From sequence record DRR378314_166: a DNA stretch of 47,132 nucleotides. The stretch is one strand, 5' to 3'. Below are positions 37,030-47,023 of this stretch, piece after piece. Within the stretch, counting starts at the first letter, position 1. Each line of letters begins with the position of its first letter. Under the pieces are notes generated by a model. It had not been told where the DNA came from. It did no database searches and saw only the letters and a program-made list of their open reading frames with translations. Position numbers and translations under genes: made by a program.

Positions 37030-37698
37030 TTAAGCTGAAGCTTGTACGTAATGGGAAGGGAGCGTTGAAAGGAAATCAGTAAAGCGTTCCCCTTGAATTG
37101 TCACGTGTTCTCTCGTCAGTTTTTCGGCCAAATCAGCGTCACCGGACAGGATGGCCGAAATCAGATCGCCATGCTCTTTACTGGATGAGGCCAACCGACC
37201 TGGAATTCGCACTTGAAGGCGCCGGTGAGGGGAGAGCCGCGCTCTCAGCTCCAGGGTTTCTTTCGCTAAAAAAGCATTATGGCTCGCCTGATATAAGATT
37301 TCATGCAGCTTCATGTTGCGATGATAATATTCGTCGTGAGCTTCTGTGCCGATTAGTTCTTCGCAGGAATGATGGGCCAATTGCAGAGATTTTTTTTCTT
37401 CAGGGGCAATACGCCGCGCGGCAAGGCGTGCGCAAATGCCTTCAAGGTTGGCCATTACCTCGAACATATCCATCAGGTCTTTTAAGGTGATCGTAGCGAC
37501 AACTGCCCCGCGCCTCGGCCGAATTTCCACCAGTCCTGCGGCAGCTAATCGATTGAGAACCTCCCGAACCGGTGTTCGGGACACACCGAAACGTTCTGCG
37601 AGGAGTGTTTCATCCAGTCTGGTGCCGGGTTGGAGAGTCCCCGTTACGATTTCCTGCTCCAGGACCGGCAGAAGCTGGGCAGCATGTGAAATTTTCAA
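37030..37698 (-). CDS. matR: GntR/FCD family regulator (MatR-like)
   Basis: GTRLDETLLAERFGVSRTPVRE HTH and FCD domain; lies within the malonate cluster. Confidence 0.8.
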   Translation of the reverse strand: MKISHAAQLLPVLEQEIVTGTLQPGTRLDETLLAERFGVSRTPVREVLNRLAAAGLVEIRPRRGAVVATITLKDLMDMFEVMANLEGICARLAARRIAPEEKKSLQLAHHSCEELIGTEAHDEYYHRNMKLHEILYQASHNAFLAKETLELRARLSPHRRLQVRIPGRLASSSKEHGDLISAILSGDADLAEKLTREHVTIQGERFTDFLSTLPSHYVQASA

Positions 37699-37756
37699 CT
37701 CGATCTCCTAATATTTTTTTATAGCCTATCATGGATTTTGTGTGCGTAAATCTAAT

Positions 37757-37770
37757 TCTTGTATACAATA
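37757..37770. promoter_or_regulatory. GntR/MatR operator TCTTGTATACAATA
   Basis: Perfect 10-bp palindrome TTGTATACAA (37759-37768) between divergent matR and matP; fits the MatR-type motif as recalled. Confidence 0.75.
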
Positions 37771-37861
37771 GAAGAGAATTGCAAGGCAGTTTTCTAAAAT
37801 ACAAAAAGTGAATGCAGAAATCTGTGTGGAGTGTGTGGGAATGCGTACCTAAAAAAGGGAG

Positions 37862-38870
37862 ATGAAAATAAAGAAACTGGGCTTAAACACCATAGTTGCA
37901 TGTGCCATCGGTTTTTCGGCGTTAACAACCGGAATAGCCGGCGCAAAGACGTTGAAAGCGTCCCATCAGTGGCCCGGTGGCAAGGGTGATGTTCGCGACG
38001 AGATGTTTCAGATTATCGCGAGAGAAGTAAACGCGGCGGGTGTCGGGCTTGAGATTAAGGTCTATCCTGGCAAAAGCCTTTTTAAGCCGAAAGAGCAATG
38101 GGGCGCTATGGTGAAAGGCCAGTTGGATATTTCCGCCTTCCCACTCGCTTATGCAGCAGGGCGTCATCCGGAATTTGATTCAACCCTGATGCCAGGGCTT
38201 GTCAAAAACCACGATCATGCCAAGCGGCTGAATGATTCCGATTATATGAAAGATATTAAAAAAAATCATCAATGATGTAGGGGTGGTTATCCTCTCCGAT
38301 GCTTGGCTTGCTGGTGGTTTCGCCTCAAAGGAACGGTGTATCCTAGGCCCTGAGACAATGGAGGGACAGGTGACCCGCGCTGCTGGTAAAGCGTTTGAGC
38401 AGATGTTGGTTGGCGCCGGTGGATCCATCGCCTCCATGCCGAGCTCGGAAATTTACAGTGCATTGCAAACAGGGGTTCTGGATGCGGCAAACACGTCCTC
38501 CGGCAGTTTTGTCTCTTATCGTATTTTTGAGCAAGTGAAATGCCTGACCGCACCGGGAAGTCATGCACTTTGGTTTATGTATGAACCCCTTCTGATGTCC
38601 AAGAAAAGCTTTGATGGCCTGTCATCTGAACAGCAGGATGCTGTCATGAAGGCTGGGCAGAAAGCAGAAGAGTTCTTCTTTGATGCGGCAAAAGGATTGG
38701 ATGCAAAACTCGTGAAAGCCTACAAGGATGCTGGTGTTGAAGTTGTCGAAATGACAGCGGATCAGGCACAGGCTTGGAGAGAAATTGCAAACAAAACATC
38801 CTACAAGGAATTTTCAGAAAATGTGAAGGGCGGAGAGCAGTTGATTAAAAAGGCGTTGGCTGTCGAGTAA
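37862..38870 (+). pseudogene. dctP: TRAP substrate-binding protein DctP (MatP), frameshifted at an A8 tract
   Basis: ORFs 37862-38275 (signal peptide, LKASHQWPG) and 38283-38870 (RAAG, SEIYSALQTGVLDA) are halves of one DctP; deleting one A from 38258-38265 gives ...DIKKIINDVGVVILSDAW..., 335 aa. Confidence 0.85.
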
Positions 38871-38885
38871 GGCCACACGTTGTTC

Positions 38886-38918
38886 GGCCTCCGTTAGCGA
38901 CATAACGGAGGCTTTTTT
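38886..38918 (+). terminator. Intra-operon terminator/stabiliser hairpin after dctP
   Basis: gcctccgtta-gcgaca-taacggaggc followed by tttttt. Confidence 0.8.
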
Positions 38919-38939
38919 CTGTCAGTTGCGGGAGGTTTC

Positions 38940-39467
38940 ATGCGTATCTTGGTGTCGTCAATTCATGCATTGTCCAAAATATTCGGTGTGTTTTCGGCAC
39001 TCCTGATTGCGTCGGCAATTCTTGTTGTTTGTCAAATGGTTGCGATTCGCTATTTATTTAATGGCTCAACTGTGTGGCAAACCGAATATGTCACCTACGC
39101 GATCGTGGCAGCGACTTTTTTGGGAAGCCCTTATGTACTGTTGGTAAAAGGTCATGTGAATGTTGACCTGCTTCCGCATTATTTGCCGCCGACGGGGCGG
39201 AAGATTCTGGCCGTGATCGCCTCACTTCTGGCACTTGTGTTTTGTAGCGTCCTTTGTTGGCAATCTATCCTTTTCTTTTGGGAAGCTCTGGACGGTGGCT
39301 GGGTGACGGACACGGTATGGGAGCTTCCTTTGTGGATACCCTATTTGCCCATGGTAGTTGGAATATTTCTGTTATGTCTTCAGTTCATTGCTGACCTTTT
39401 TACCCAGACTTTCGCAGATCCGGATACGGTTGAGGATGTCTTTAAACTGAAAGGGGCAGACAGATAA
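38940..39467 (+). CDS. dctQ: TRAP small permease
   Basis: Four TM segments, RYLFN..TVWQTE, GHVNVDLL, PLWIPY. Confidence 0.9.
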   Translation: MRILVSSIHALSKIFGVFSALLIASAILVVCQMVAIRYLFNGSTVWQTEYVTYAIVAATFLGSPYVLLVKGHVNVDLLPHYLPPTGRKILAVIASLLALVFCSVLCWQSILFFWEALDGGWVTDTVWELPLWIPYLPMVVGIFLLCLQFIADLFTQTFADPDTVEDVFKLKGADR

Positions 39468-40777
39468 TGGAACCCTTATCAATCGGACTTCTTGCAGCGA
39501 TTACAGTGATCGGTTTGCTGGCAACTGGGATGCCTGTTGCATTTGGGCTAGGCCTTGTTTCTATTTTATTTCTTGTGTTGTTCGAGGGCGTGGACAGCTT
39601 GAGCGTTGTCGCCGACACATTCTTTGCCGGTATCGGTGAATTTTCGCTGGTTTCTATTCCCATGTTTATTGTGATGGGCGCGGCAGTGGCCTCTTCGCCA
39701 GCCGGTAAAGATCTTTTCGAAGCGTTGGAGCGATGGTTGACCCGTGTTCCTGCGGGACTGATCATATCAAATATAGGGGCGTGTTCTATTTTCGCAGCGT
39801 TAAGTGGCTCCTCACCGGCAACTTGCGCTGCAATCGGAAAAATGGGCATTCCCGAAATGCGATCTCGTGGATATCCAGACAGCCTTGCGGCGGGATCAAT
39901 CGCGGCCGGGGGCACACTTGGTATTTTGATCCCACCTTCCGTGACGATGATTGTATATGGCATCGCAACCGAAACCTCGATCGGGCGATTATTCCTCGCC
40001 GGTGTTTTGCCAGGTGTCTTATTGACGGCGCTCTTTATGGCATGGTCGATCTATTTTGCCTGGCGTAAAGGGTATAATTTTCAGGCTGCAATCGGCACCT
40101 ATTCATGGCGGGACAAGTTTTCGATATTGCCACGGGTTCTACCGTTCCTGTGTATTATTGTGGGGATTCTATTTGTTCTGTATGGCGGCGTTGCCACCCC
40201 CTCAGAAGCGGCAGGGGTGGGGGCCCTTTTCTGTTTGATACTGGTCGCCATAATCTACAAAATTTTCCAACCAGCAAAAATTTGGGAAATCTTGAGCACC
40301 TCAACCCGGGAAAGCGTCATGATCCTTATGATCATTGGCGCCTCTGCTTTGTTTTCCTACACGCTTTCCAGTCTCTTTGTTACGCAGTCAGTGGCTGAAT
40401 ATATCGCTTCGCTGGATGTAAATCGTTGGGTATTGATGTTTACGATCAATATCTTTTTGCTGGTTGCCGGCTTTTTTCTGCCACCCGTCGCAGTCATTGT
40501 CATGACAGCGCCAATATTGCTGCCTATCATTACAACTGCAGGGTTCGATCCCTACTGGTTTGCTGTTATTTTAACGATTAATATGGAAATCGGTTTGATT
40601 ACGCCGCCAGTGGGATTGAATCTTTATGTGATCAATGGGATAGCGCCGGAAATTTCCTTACCCACCATCTTGAAAGGAGCGCTTCCATTTATGATTTGTA
40701 TGGTAGTGGGAATAATCATTTTGTGTTTATTCCCTGAAATTGCAACTTGGTTGCCTAATGAGGTAATGGGACGATAA
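39467..40777 (+). CDS. dctM: TRAP large permease
   Basis: GMPVAFGLG, FAALSGSS, GGTLGILIPPS, TPSEAA, ITPPVGLNL. Confidence 0.92.
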   Translation: MEPLSIGLLAAITVIGLLATGMPVAFGLGLVSILFLVLFEGVDSLSVVADTFFAGIGEFSLVSIPMFIVMGAAVASSPAGKDLFEALERWLTRVPAGLIISNIGACSIFAALSGSSPATCAAIGKMGIPEMRSRGYPDSLAAGSIAAGGTLGILIPPSVTMIVYGIATETSIGRLFLAGVLPGVLLTALFMAWSIYFAWRKGYNFQAAIGTYSWRDKFSILPRVLPFLCIIVGILFVLYGGVATPSEAAGVGALFCLILVAIIYKIFQPAKIWEILSTSTRESVMILMIIGASALFSYTLSSLFVTQSVAEYIASLDVNRWVLMFTINIFLLVAGFFLPPVAVIVMTAPILLPIITTAGFDPYWFAVILTINMEIGLITPPVGLNLYVINGIAPEISLPTILKGALPFMICMVVGIIILCLFPEIATWLPNEVMGR

Positions 40778-40779
40778 GA

Positions 40780-42096
40780 ATGAGACAAACTTTCGTATCA
40801 CAAATCTTCAATTCCATCGCGGATGCGGGACGGGATCTTCTGGACAGAAAATCGGGCAAATCCCGTAGTCATTCCATGGAAGGTCTGTGCCGGGATCTGC
40901 TAACCCAACGGGGGGAGGCTTCCGGTATGGCGCTCGCGCGGGAAATTGTGGATTTATGGTACAGTCTGGATGATGACGAAAAACTCTCATTTTTCCGTTT
41001 TTTGCAAAAAGAAAAAGGTGTGGATCAGGCGAAATTGGATAAAGCGATTGCCGCTTATTCAGAGAATAAAACAACTGAGAATCTTCAGCTTTTGACCCAG
41101 GCATCTGAGGCGCCAAGGCAAGAGCTGATGCGCCGCATCAATTTCGCCCCGATGGGCACTGCAGCCATTGTTGATATGCGTAAATTCCTGGTATCCCGCC
41201 TTCGGGATTTTCCAGACCTGACGGAGGTGGATCGGGATCTTAAACATTTGTTGGTCAGCTGGTTTAATCGTGGTTTTCTGGAAGTGCGGCAAATCAATTG
41301 GCGAACGCCCGCTGTTATTCTTGAGAAGCTGATCGAATATGAAGCTGTTCACGAAATTGATGGCTGGGAGGATTTACGCCGGCGGTTGGAAGAAGACAGG
41401 CGATGTTTTGCCTTTTTCCATCCGGCCCTACCGGATGAGCCGCTGATATTCGTGGAGGTGGCTTTGGTGAAAGGGCTGGCGAGTGCGGTTCAACCGCTTC
41501 TGGATCCAGAAGGCCACCGGTTGAGCCCTGATAAAGCTGATACCGCGATCTTTTATTCCATCAGCAATTGCCAGAGTGGCCTGAAAGGGATCAGTTTCGG
41601 CAATTTCCTCATTAAACAGGTGGTGGCAGAGCTCTCTGCTGAGCTTCCAAATCTGAAACATTTCTCAACCCTTTCGCCGGTTCCGGGATTTGTTAAATGG
41701 TTGGGTTCTGTAAAGGGGAAGGCCGGCCAATTGTCATCAGGCAAAGTGACAAAAATCAAAAAGCTTTTGACCGAAAAAGACTGGTCGCAAAATGACGAAG
41801 TCGTGGAGCAGGTTAAAGAGCCTTTGGAGCATCTGGTTGCTCATTATCTGGTAAATGAGAAGCGAAAAGATCGTCCCCTGGACCCGGTTTCCCGCTTTCA
41901 TTTGGGGAATGGGGCCCGGCTTGAGCGGATTAATTGGATGGGCGATACGTCTAAAAACGGGATGCATCAATCTGCAGGGTTGCTTGTAAACTATTACTAC
42001 AGTCTCAAGGATATTGAACGAAACCACGAAGCGTACGTTAATGAGAAGAAAGTTGTCGCTTCTTCGTCTGTTTTGGCCATGGCTAAGTCGGTCTGA
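40780..42096 (+). CDS. matA: Malonyl-CoA decarboxylase
   Basis: SWFNRGFL, YEAVHEI, EPLIFVEVAL, FYSISNCQ..GISFGNFLIKQV, TLSPVPGF, RFHLGNGA. Confidence 0.92.
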   Translation: MRQTFVSQIFNSIADAGRDLLDRKSGKSRSHSMEGLCRDLLTQRGEASGMALAREIVDLWYSLDDDEKLSFFRFLQKEKGVDQAKLDKAIAAYSENKTTENLQLLTQASEAPRQELMRRINFAPMGTAAIVDMRKFLVSRLRDFPDLTEVDRDLKHLLVSWFNRGFLEVRQINWRTPAVILEKLIEYEAVHEIDGWEDLRRRLEEDRRCFAFFHPALPDEPLIFVEVALVKGLASAVQPLLDPEGHRLSPDKADTAIFYSISNCQSGLKGISFGNFLIKQVVAELSAELPNLKHFSTLSPVPGFVKWLGSVKGKAGQLSSGKVTKIKKLLTEKDWSQNDEVVEQVKEPLEHLVAHYLVNEKRKDRPLDPVSRFHLGNGARLERINWMGDTSKNGMHQSAGLLVNYYYSLKDIERNHEAYVNEKKVVASSSVLAMAKSV

Positions 42097-42203
42097 CAGG
42101 TTCAGTCTACGGTTGCTGGCCTTTCTGGTGTTGAGGTCGAACGTTTGTTGGTTGTAGGGTGGGGCATCGGTAGTGACATCTTAATTTACAATGGAAGGAC
42201 GAA

Positions 42204-43148
42204 ATGACCTCTATTATTCCGTTTGTGGGTCAGGTCAGTTCTGAAGAACAAAACCAATGGGCAGACATAATTTCAGCCAAATTACCTTCAGCCCAGATTG
42301 TACCATTTGCACAATTGACAGCGGCAGATTATAGCGCCGCTGAAATCGCGATTACGGCTAACCCGGATCCAGCCGAGCTGGATAAACTCACGAACCTGAA
42401 ATGGATCCATTCCGTCTGGGCTGGGGTGGAGCGAATGGTCAGTGAACTCCAGGATAAAGAATTTGATATTGTTCGTCTGGTCGATCCGGAGCTGGCCCGG
42501 ACAATGGCTGAAGCTGTATTGGCCTGGACATTATATCTTCATCGGAAAATGCCGCAGTACCGGTTTCAGCAGGAGCAGAAAATTTGGAGGGAACTTCCCT
42601 ACGAAAAAGCTTCTGAGACGACAGTTGGGATATTGGGATTGGGCGCTTTGGGAAAGGCGGCAGCCTTGCGCCTTCGTGAAAACGGATTTCTGGTGAAAGG
42701 CTGGAGCCGCTCAGCAAAAACAATTGAAGGGATTGACGTTCTTTCAGGCGATGACGGACTTGATGATATTTTACGCTCTTCCACTATTCTGGTCGTGTTG
42801 TTGCCGTTGACGGATCAGACACGTGGGTTTTTGAACACAGATTTATTGGGAAGGCTTCCCATCGGTGCAACTTTGATTAATTTTGCCCGGGGTCCTATAA
42901 TTGACACTGAAGCGTTGCTGTCTCATCTGAACCAGGGGCAGGTTGAGCATGCGGTGTTGGACGTTTTTGATGAAGAGCCATTACCAGATTCGTCTCCTTT
43001 TTGGGCGCATGAAAAAGTGACTGTATTGCCGCATATATCGGCACCGACGGATATGGAGACAGCCTCTCAAATCGTCGCCAGTAATATTCAAAGATATTTA
43101 GAGCAGGGAATTTCCCCGTCTTTTGTGGATCGACAGCGCGGCTATTAA
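42204..43148 (+). CDS. ghrA: D-2-hydroxyacid dehydrogenase (glyoxylate/hydroxypyruvate reductase A-like)
   Basis: WAGVE, GILGLGALG, GWSRS, INFARG, LDVFDEEPL, LPHISA. Confidence 0.82.
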   Translation: MTSIIPFVGQVSSEEQNQWADIISAKLPSAQIVPFAQLTAADYSAAEIAITANPDPAELDKLTNLKWIHSVWAGVERMVSELQDKEFDIVRLVDPELARTMAEAVLAWTLYLHRKMPQYRFQQEQKIWRELPYEKASETTVGILGLGALGKAAALRLRENGFLVKGWSRSAKTIEGIDVLSGDDGLDDILRSSTILVVLLPLTDQTRGFLNTDLLGRLPIGATLINFARGPIIDTEALLSHLNQGQVEHAVLDVFDEEPLPDSSPFWAHEKVTVLPHISAPTDMETASQIVASNIQRYLEQGISPSFVDRQRGY

Positions 43149-43331
43149 CGGACGAGCCCATAAGTGAAATTTTTGCTTTCAAAATGCAATAGAATTGGCT
43201 AGATAATAAGCAAGCTAATTAATGATCGCTGGCGATAGAGTTTCCTGCCCTCAGATCTACTATAAGAAATAAGCTGAAGGGCCGTAAGGCCGATAATAAG
43301 AATTAAGAACAAGCACAAGGAGAAGGGCGCT

Positions 43332-44249
43332 ATGTCTGGAAAAATGTTAGAAGGAAAAGTTGTAGTCGTTACGGGTGCCGGTCGTGGTGTTGGCCGGGGC
43401 ATTGCCATCATGGCAGCAGAGCAGGGCGCAAAAGTTGTCGTTAACGATCTTGGCGGCAGCGAACAGGGAGACGGCGCTGATAATATTCCTGCCTTGGAAG
43501 TTGTCAAAACCATTGAAGATAAGGGTGGTGAGGCCATTGCAAACTTCGGTAATGTGGCAAATGCGGATGATGCGGGCCAAATGATTGAAGATGCGCGCAG
43601 CAATTTTGGAAGTATCGATTGCATTGTAAATAATGCGGGCATTCTCCGGGATGTTATTTTTCATAAAATGTCGGAAGCCGAATTTGACGCTGTTATCGCT
43701 GTTCATCTGAAAGGCAGTTACAATGTTTCCCGTGCCGCAGCCCCATATTTTCGGGAGCAGCAAAGCGGATCATATGTTCACATGACATCCACTTCAGGGT
43801 TGATCGGTAACTTTGGTCAGGCAAATTATGCGGCCGCAAAAATGGGTATTGTGGGTTTGTCTCGCTCGATTGCCCTGGATATGAGCCGCTTTAATGTTCG
43901 CTCTAACTGTATATCTCCGTTTGCATGGTCCCGTCTGATCGGAACTATTCCGCAGGGAACAGATGCTGAGCGGGAGCGGGTGAAGAAAATTCAGCAGATG
44001 ACACCAGAAAAAATTGCGCCAATGGCTGTGTATCTGTTGAGCGAAGATGCCAAAGACATTTCCGGTCAGATCTTTGTGGTGCGAAATAATGAAATCTGTC
44101 TGATGAGCCAACCGCGTCCGATCCGGAACCTGCAAACCTCTGAAGGCTGGACACCGGAAAAAGTCGCAGAACGGGTGGGTCCCGCTGTTAAATCTTCATT
44201 GGTACCACTGGAGCGCTCAGGCGACGTGTTCAGCTGGGATCCGGTCTAA
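43332..44249 (+). CDS. SDR oxidoreductase (MFE-2-type 3-hydroxyacyl-CoA dehydrogenase-like)
   Basis: TGAGRGVG, VVVNDLGG, NNAGILRD, GNFGQANYAAAK. Confidence 0.88.
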   Translation: MSGKMLEGKVVVVTGAGRGVGRGIAIMAAEQGAKVVVNDLGGSEQGDGADNIPALEVVKTIEDKGGEAIANFGNVANADDAGQMIEDARSNFGSIDCIVNNAGILRDVIFHKMSEAEFDAVIAVHLKGSYNVSRAAAPYFREQQSGSYVHMTSTSGLIGNFGQANYAAAKMGIVGLSRSIALDMSRFNVRSNCISPFAWSRLIGTIPQGTDAERERVKKIQQMTPEKIAPMAVYLLSEDAKDISGQIFVVRNNEICLMSQPRPIRNLQTSEGWTPEKVAERVGPAVKSSLVPLERSGDVFSWDPV

Positions 44250-44263
44250 GGCGGAGGCGTTAT

Positions 44264-45121
44264 ATGGCAATCGATTATGATAAGTTGATGAACTGGAAGT
44301 TTGATCCGGTTGAGCAGGAATATACGTCAAAAGACAGTATTCTTTATGCGTTGGGGGTTGGGCTGTCAGCCGATCCTCTGGATATGGATCAACTTCGTTT
44401 CACTTATGAGGAAGATCAGTTGGCGTTGCCGAGCATGGCTGTTGTTCTGGCCTATCCCGGATTCTTTTTAAAGGATCCTGAATTTGGGGTGGACTGGGTC
44501 AAGGTGCTGCACGGTGAACAGGGAATTGAAATTCATAAAACCCTACCCGCTGCAGGTCATGTGATCGGTGAGAACCGGTTTACAGAAATTATCGATAAAG
44601 GGGAGGGACGTGGTGCCCTTCTTTTTTCCGAGCGAAAAGTCTTTGAAAAGAAATCCGGCGATCTGCTGGCGACCTTGACATCAACGACTTTTGCGCGTGG
44701 CGATGGTGGTTTTGGTGGGCCTGAACGGGAGGCGCCTAAGCCTCACACGCTGCCGGATCGGGCGCCTGATAGTGTGGTCGAGACTGCAACCTTGCCGCAA
44801 GCGGCTTTGATCTATCGCTTAAGCGGTGACTTCAATCCTTTGCATGCCGATCCGCGAGTTGCCAAATCGGCTGGTTTTGAAAAACCTATTTTGCATGGGT
44901 TGGCTTCTCTTGGTGTGGCAGGTCATGCCGTGTTGAAGGATGCATGTGGCTATAATCCGGACAAGTTCAAATCTTTCAAACTTCGGTTTACCTCTCCGGT
45001 ATATCCCGGGGAGACGATTGTTACCGAAATCTGGAAAGATAGCGGTGATATTTCTTTCCGATGTCGGGTGAAAGAACGAGACGTGGTTGTGCTCAATAAT
45101 GGCTACGCTCGCGTCGCCTGA
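44264..45121 (+). CDS. MaoC-family double hot-dog (R)-specific enoyl-CoA hydratase 2
   Basis: ILYALGVG, LHGEQ, YRLSGDFNPLHADP catalytic motif, ILHGL. Confidence 0.9.
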   Translation: MAIDYDKLMNWKFDPVEQEYTSKDSILYALGVGLSADPLDMDQLRFTYEEDQLALPSMAVVLAYPGFFLKDPEFGVDWVKVLHGEQGIEIHKTLPAAGHVIGENRFTEIIDKGEGRGALLFSERKVFEKKSGDLLATLTSTTFARGDGGFGGPEREAPKPHTLPDRAPDSVVETATLPQAALIYRLSGDFNPLHADPRVAKSAGFEKPILHGLASLGVAGHAVLKDACGYNPDKFKSFKLRFTSPVYPGETIVTEIWKDSGDISFRCRVKERDVVVLNNGYARVA

Positions 45122-45134
45122 TATTTTCCCCTCC

Positions 45135-45166
45135 AGGCCTGGCAGTTCTGCCAGGCCTTTCGCTTT
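45135..45166 (+). terminator. Stem-loop between the MaoC and nitroreductase genes
   Basis: aggcctggca-gttc-tgccaggcct followed by ttcgctttt. Confidence 0.65.
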
Positions 45167-45183
45167 TATAAATGGAGTTTTCT

Positions 45184-45855
45184 GTGCAGCTTGTAGATGC
45201 AATCCGAAGCCGTAAATCTGTTCGCCAGTTTACGGATGAGCCCGTGTCAAAAGATATTATTGAAGAAATTCTGGAGGCTGCAAAATGGGCTCCCTCTGGA
45301 GGGAATTTGCAGCCGTGGACCGTTCATGTCCTGGTTGGAGACGACTTGCAGGCACTGTTGAACTCTATTCGTGAACACGTCAAATCCGGTAAGGCAGAGA
45401 CGCCGGAATATAACGTGTATCCGCCGGAGTTGAAGGATCCTTACCGAACCCGCCGGCGTGTTGTGGGGCAGCAGCTTTATGACTTGATTGGGGTCCCGCG
45501 CGAGGATACGGCTGGCAAGCTTCGTCAGTTGGCCAAGAATTATGAATTTTTCGGTGCGCCGGTCGGGATTTTCTTTGTCATGGATCGCCAAATGGAGATT
45601 GGTCAATATGCCGATCTTGGCATGTTTATGCAAAATGTGATGTTGATGGCGCGTGAAAAAGGTCTGCACACCTGTCCGCAGGAAGCCTGGGCTCGCTGGC
45701 CAGATACGATTTCCGCCCACTTGGGCCTTGCCGAAGAGGAAATGATGTTTTGTGGGCTTGCGCTGGGGCATATGGATGAGAGCGCTAAAATTAATGAATT
45801 GCAAAGTGAGCGGGCCCATTTGTCTGAATTTGTAACCTGGCGTGGATTCGAGTGA
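45184..45855 (+). CDS. Nitroreductase family FMN protein
   Basis: IRSRKSVRQF, WAPSGGNLQPW, FFGAP, GLHTCPQEAW; GTG 45184 after GGAG (alternative ATG 45172). Confidence 0.88.
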   Translation: MQLVDAIRSRKSVRQFTDEPVSKDIIEEILEAAKWAPSGGNLQPWTVHVLVGDDLQALLNSIREHVKSGKAETPEYNVYPPELKDPYRTRRRVVGQQLYDLIGVPREDTAGKLRQLAKNYEFFGAPVGIFFVMDRQMEIGQYADLGMFMQNVMLMAREKGLHTCPQEAWARWPDTISAHLGLAEEEMMFCGLALGHMDESAKINELQSERAHLSEFVTWRGFE

Positions 45856-45868
45856 GGAAATAAAAAGC

Positions 45869-47023
45869 ATGGAAACGGAAGTGATTGATCAGATCCGGCA
45901 AACAGTTGTTCAGCTTTGCCGTGATTATCCGGGAACCTATTGGCAGGAAAAGGATCGTAAGCGGGCTTATCCGACCGAGTTTGTAAATGCTTTGACCGAA
46001 GCCGGTTTGTTGTCATCTTTGATTCCCGAAGAATATGGTGGGGCGGGACTTCCCTTGGCGGTTGCCTCCACGATCTTGGAGGAAATCCATGCGCAGGGCT
46101 GTAATGGCGCCGCCTGCCATGCTCAGATGTACACGATGGGAACCTTGCTGCGGCATGGGAATGAAGCCCAACGGCAAGAATATTTGCCTAAAATTGCGAC
46201 GGGTGAATTGCGGCTTCAGGCCTTTGGGGTGACAGAGCCCACTGCAGGAACCGATACTACCAGCATTTCAACCACGGCTGTTCTCGATGGGGATGAATAT
46301 GTGATCAATGGCCAAAAAGTGTGGACCTCGCGGGCTGAATATTCTGATCTTATGGTGCTGCTCGCGCGAACGACTGCCAAGGAAGACGTGCAGAAAAAAT
46401 CAGATGGGTTGTCTGTCTTCTTGGTGGATATGCAAAAGGCAAAGGGCAATGGAATGACCATTCGGCCTATTCGCACCATGATCAATCATGCAACCACGGA
46501 AGTCTTCTTTGATGATTTGCGGATCCCCGCGTCCAGTTTAATCGGTGATGAGGGTAAAGGCTTCAAATACATTCTGACCGGTATGAATGCAGAACGGATT
46601 TTGATAGCCTCTGAATGCATTGGTGATGCGCGCTGGTTTATCGACACCGCGTCAAATTATGTTCGCGATCGTAAAGTTTTTGGTCGGCCTATCGGGCAGA
46701 ACCAGGGCGTTCAGTTTCCAATTGCGCGCTCATATGCTCAGATGCAGGCCGCCAAGCTAATGGTGGAGCGGGCGTATGACCTGTATGATGAGGGTCAGCC
46801 TTGCGGCGCTGAAGCTAACATGTGTAAAATGTTGGCTTCTGAGGCTTCCTGGGCGGCAGGTGAAGCCTGTCTGCAATCCCACGGAGGTTTTGGGTTTGCG
46901 GAAGAATACGACGTGGAGCGGAAATTCCGGGAAACCCGTCTTTATCAAATCGCTCCGATTTCAACCAACTTGATCCTGTCATTTTTGGCCGAGCATGAAC
47001 TGAACCTGCCACGATCTTACTAA
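45869..47023 (+). CDS. Acyl-CoA dehydrogenase family protein
   Basis: IPEEYGG, VTEPTAGTD, NGQKVWTS, MNAERILIA, FGRPIGQNQ, HGGFGF; ATG 45869 after GAGGA. Confidence 0.92.
   Translation: METEVIDQIRQTVVQLCRDYPGTYWQEKDRKRAYPTEFVNALTEAGLLSSLIPEEYGGAGLPLAVASTILEEIHAQGCNGAACHAQMYTMGTLLRHGNEAQRQEYLPKIATGELRLQAFGVTEPTAGTDTTSISTTAVLDGDEYVINGQKVWTSRAEYSDLMVLLARTTAKEDVQKKSDGLSVFLVDMQKAKGNGMTIRPIRTMINHATTEVFFDDLRIPASSLIGDEGKGFKYILTGMNAERILIASECIGDARWFIDTASNYVRDRKVFGRPIGQNQGVQFPIARSYAQMQAAKLMVERAYDLYDEGQPCGAEANMCKMLASEASWAAGEACLQSHGGFGFAEEYDVERKFRETRLYQIAPISTNLILSFLAEHELNLPRSY

Noticed and set aside
43199..43642. 147-aa ORF antisense to the SDR gene
   Set aside because: Open antisense frames are common opposite SDR genes; no independent support.
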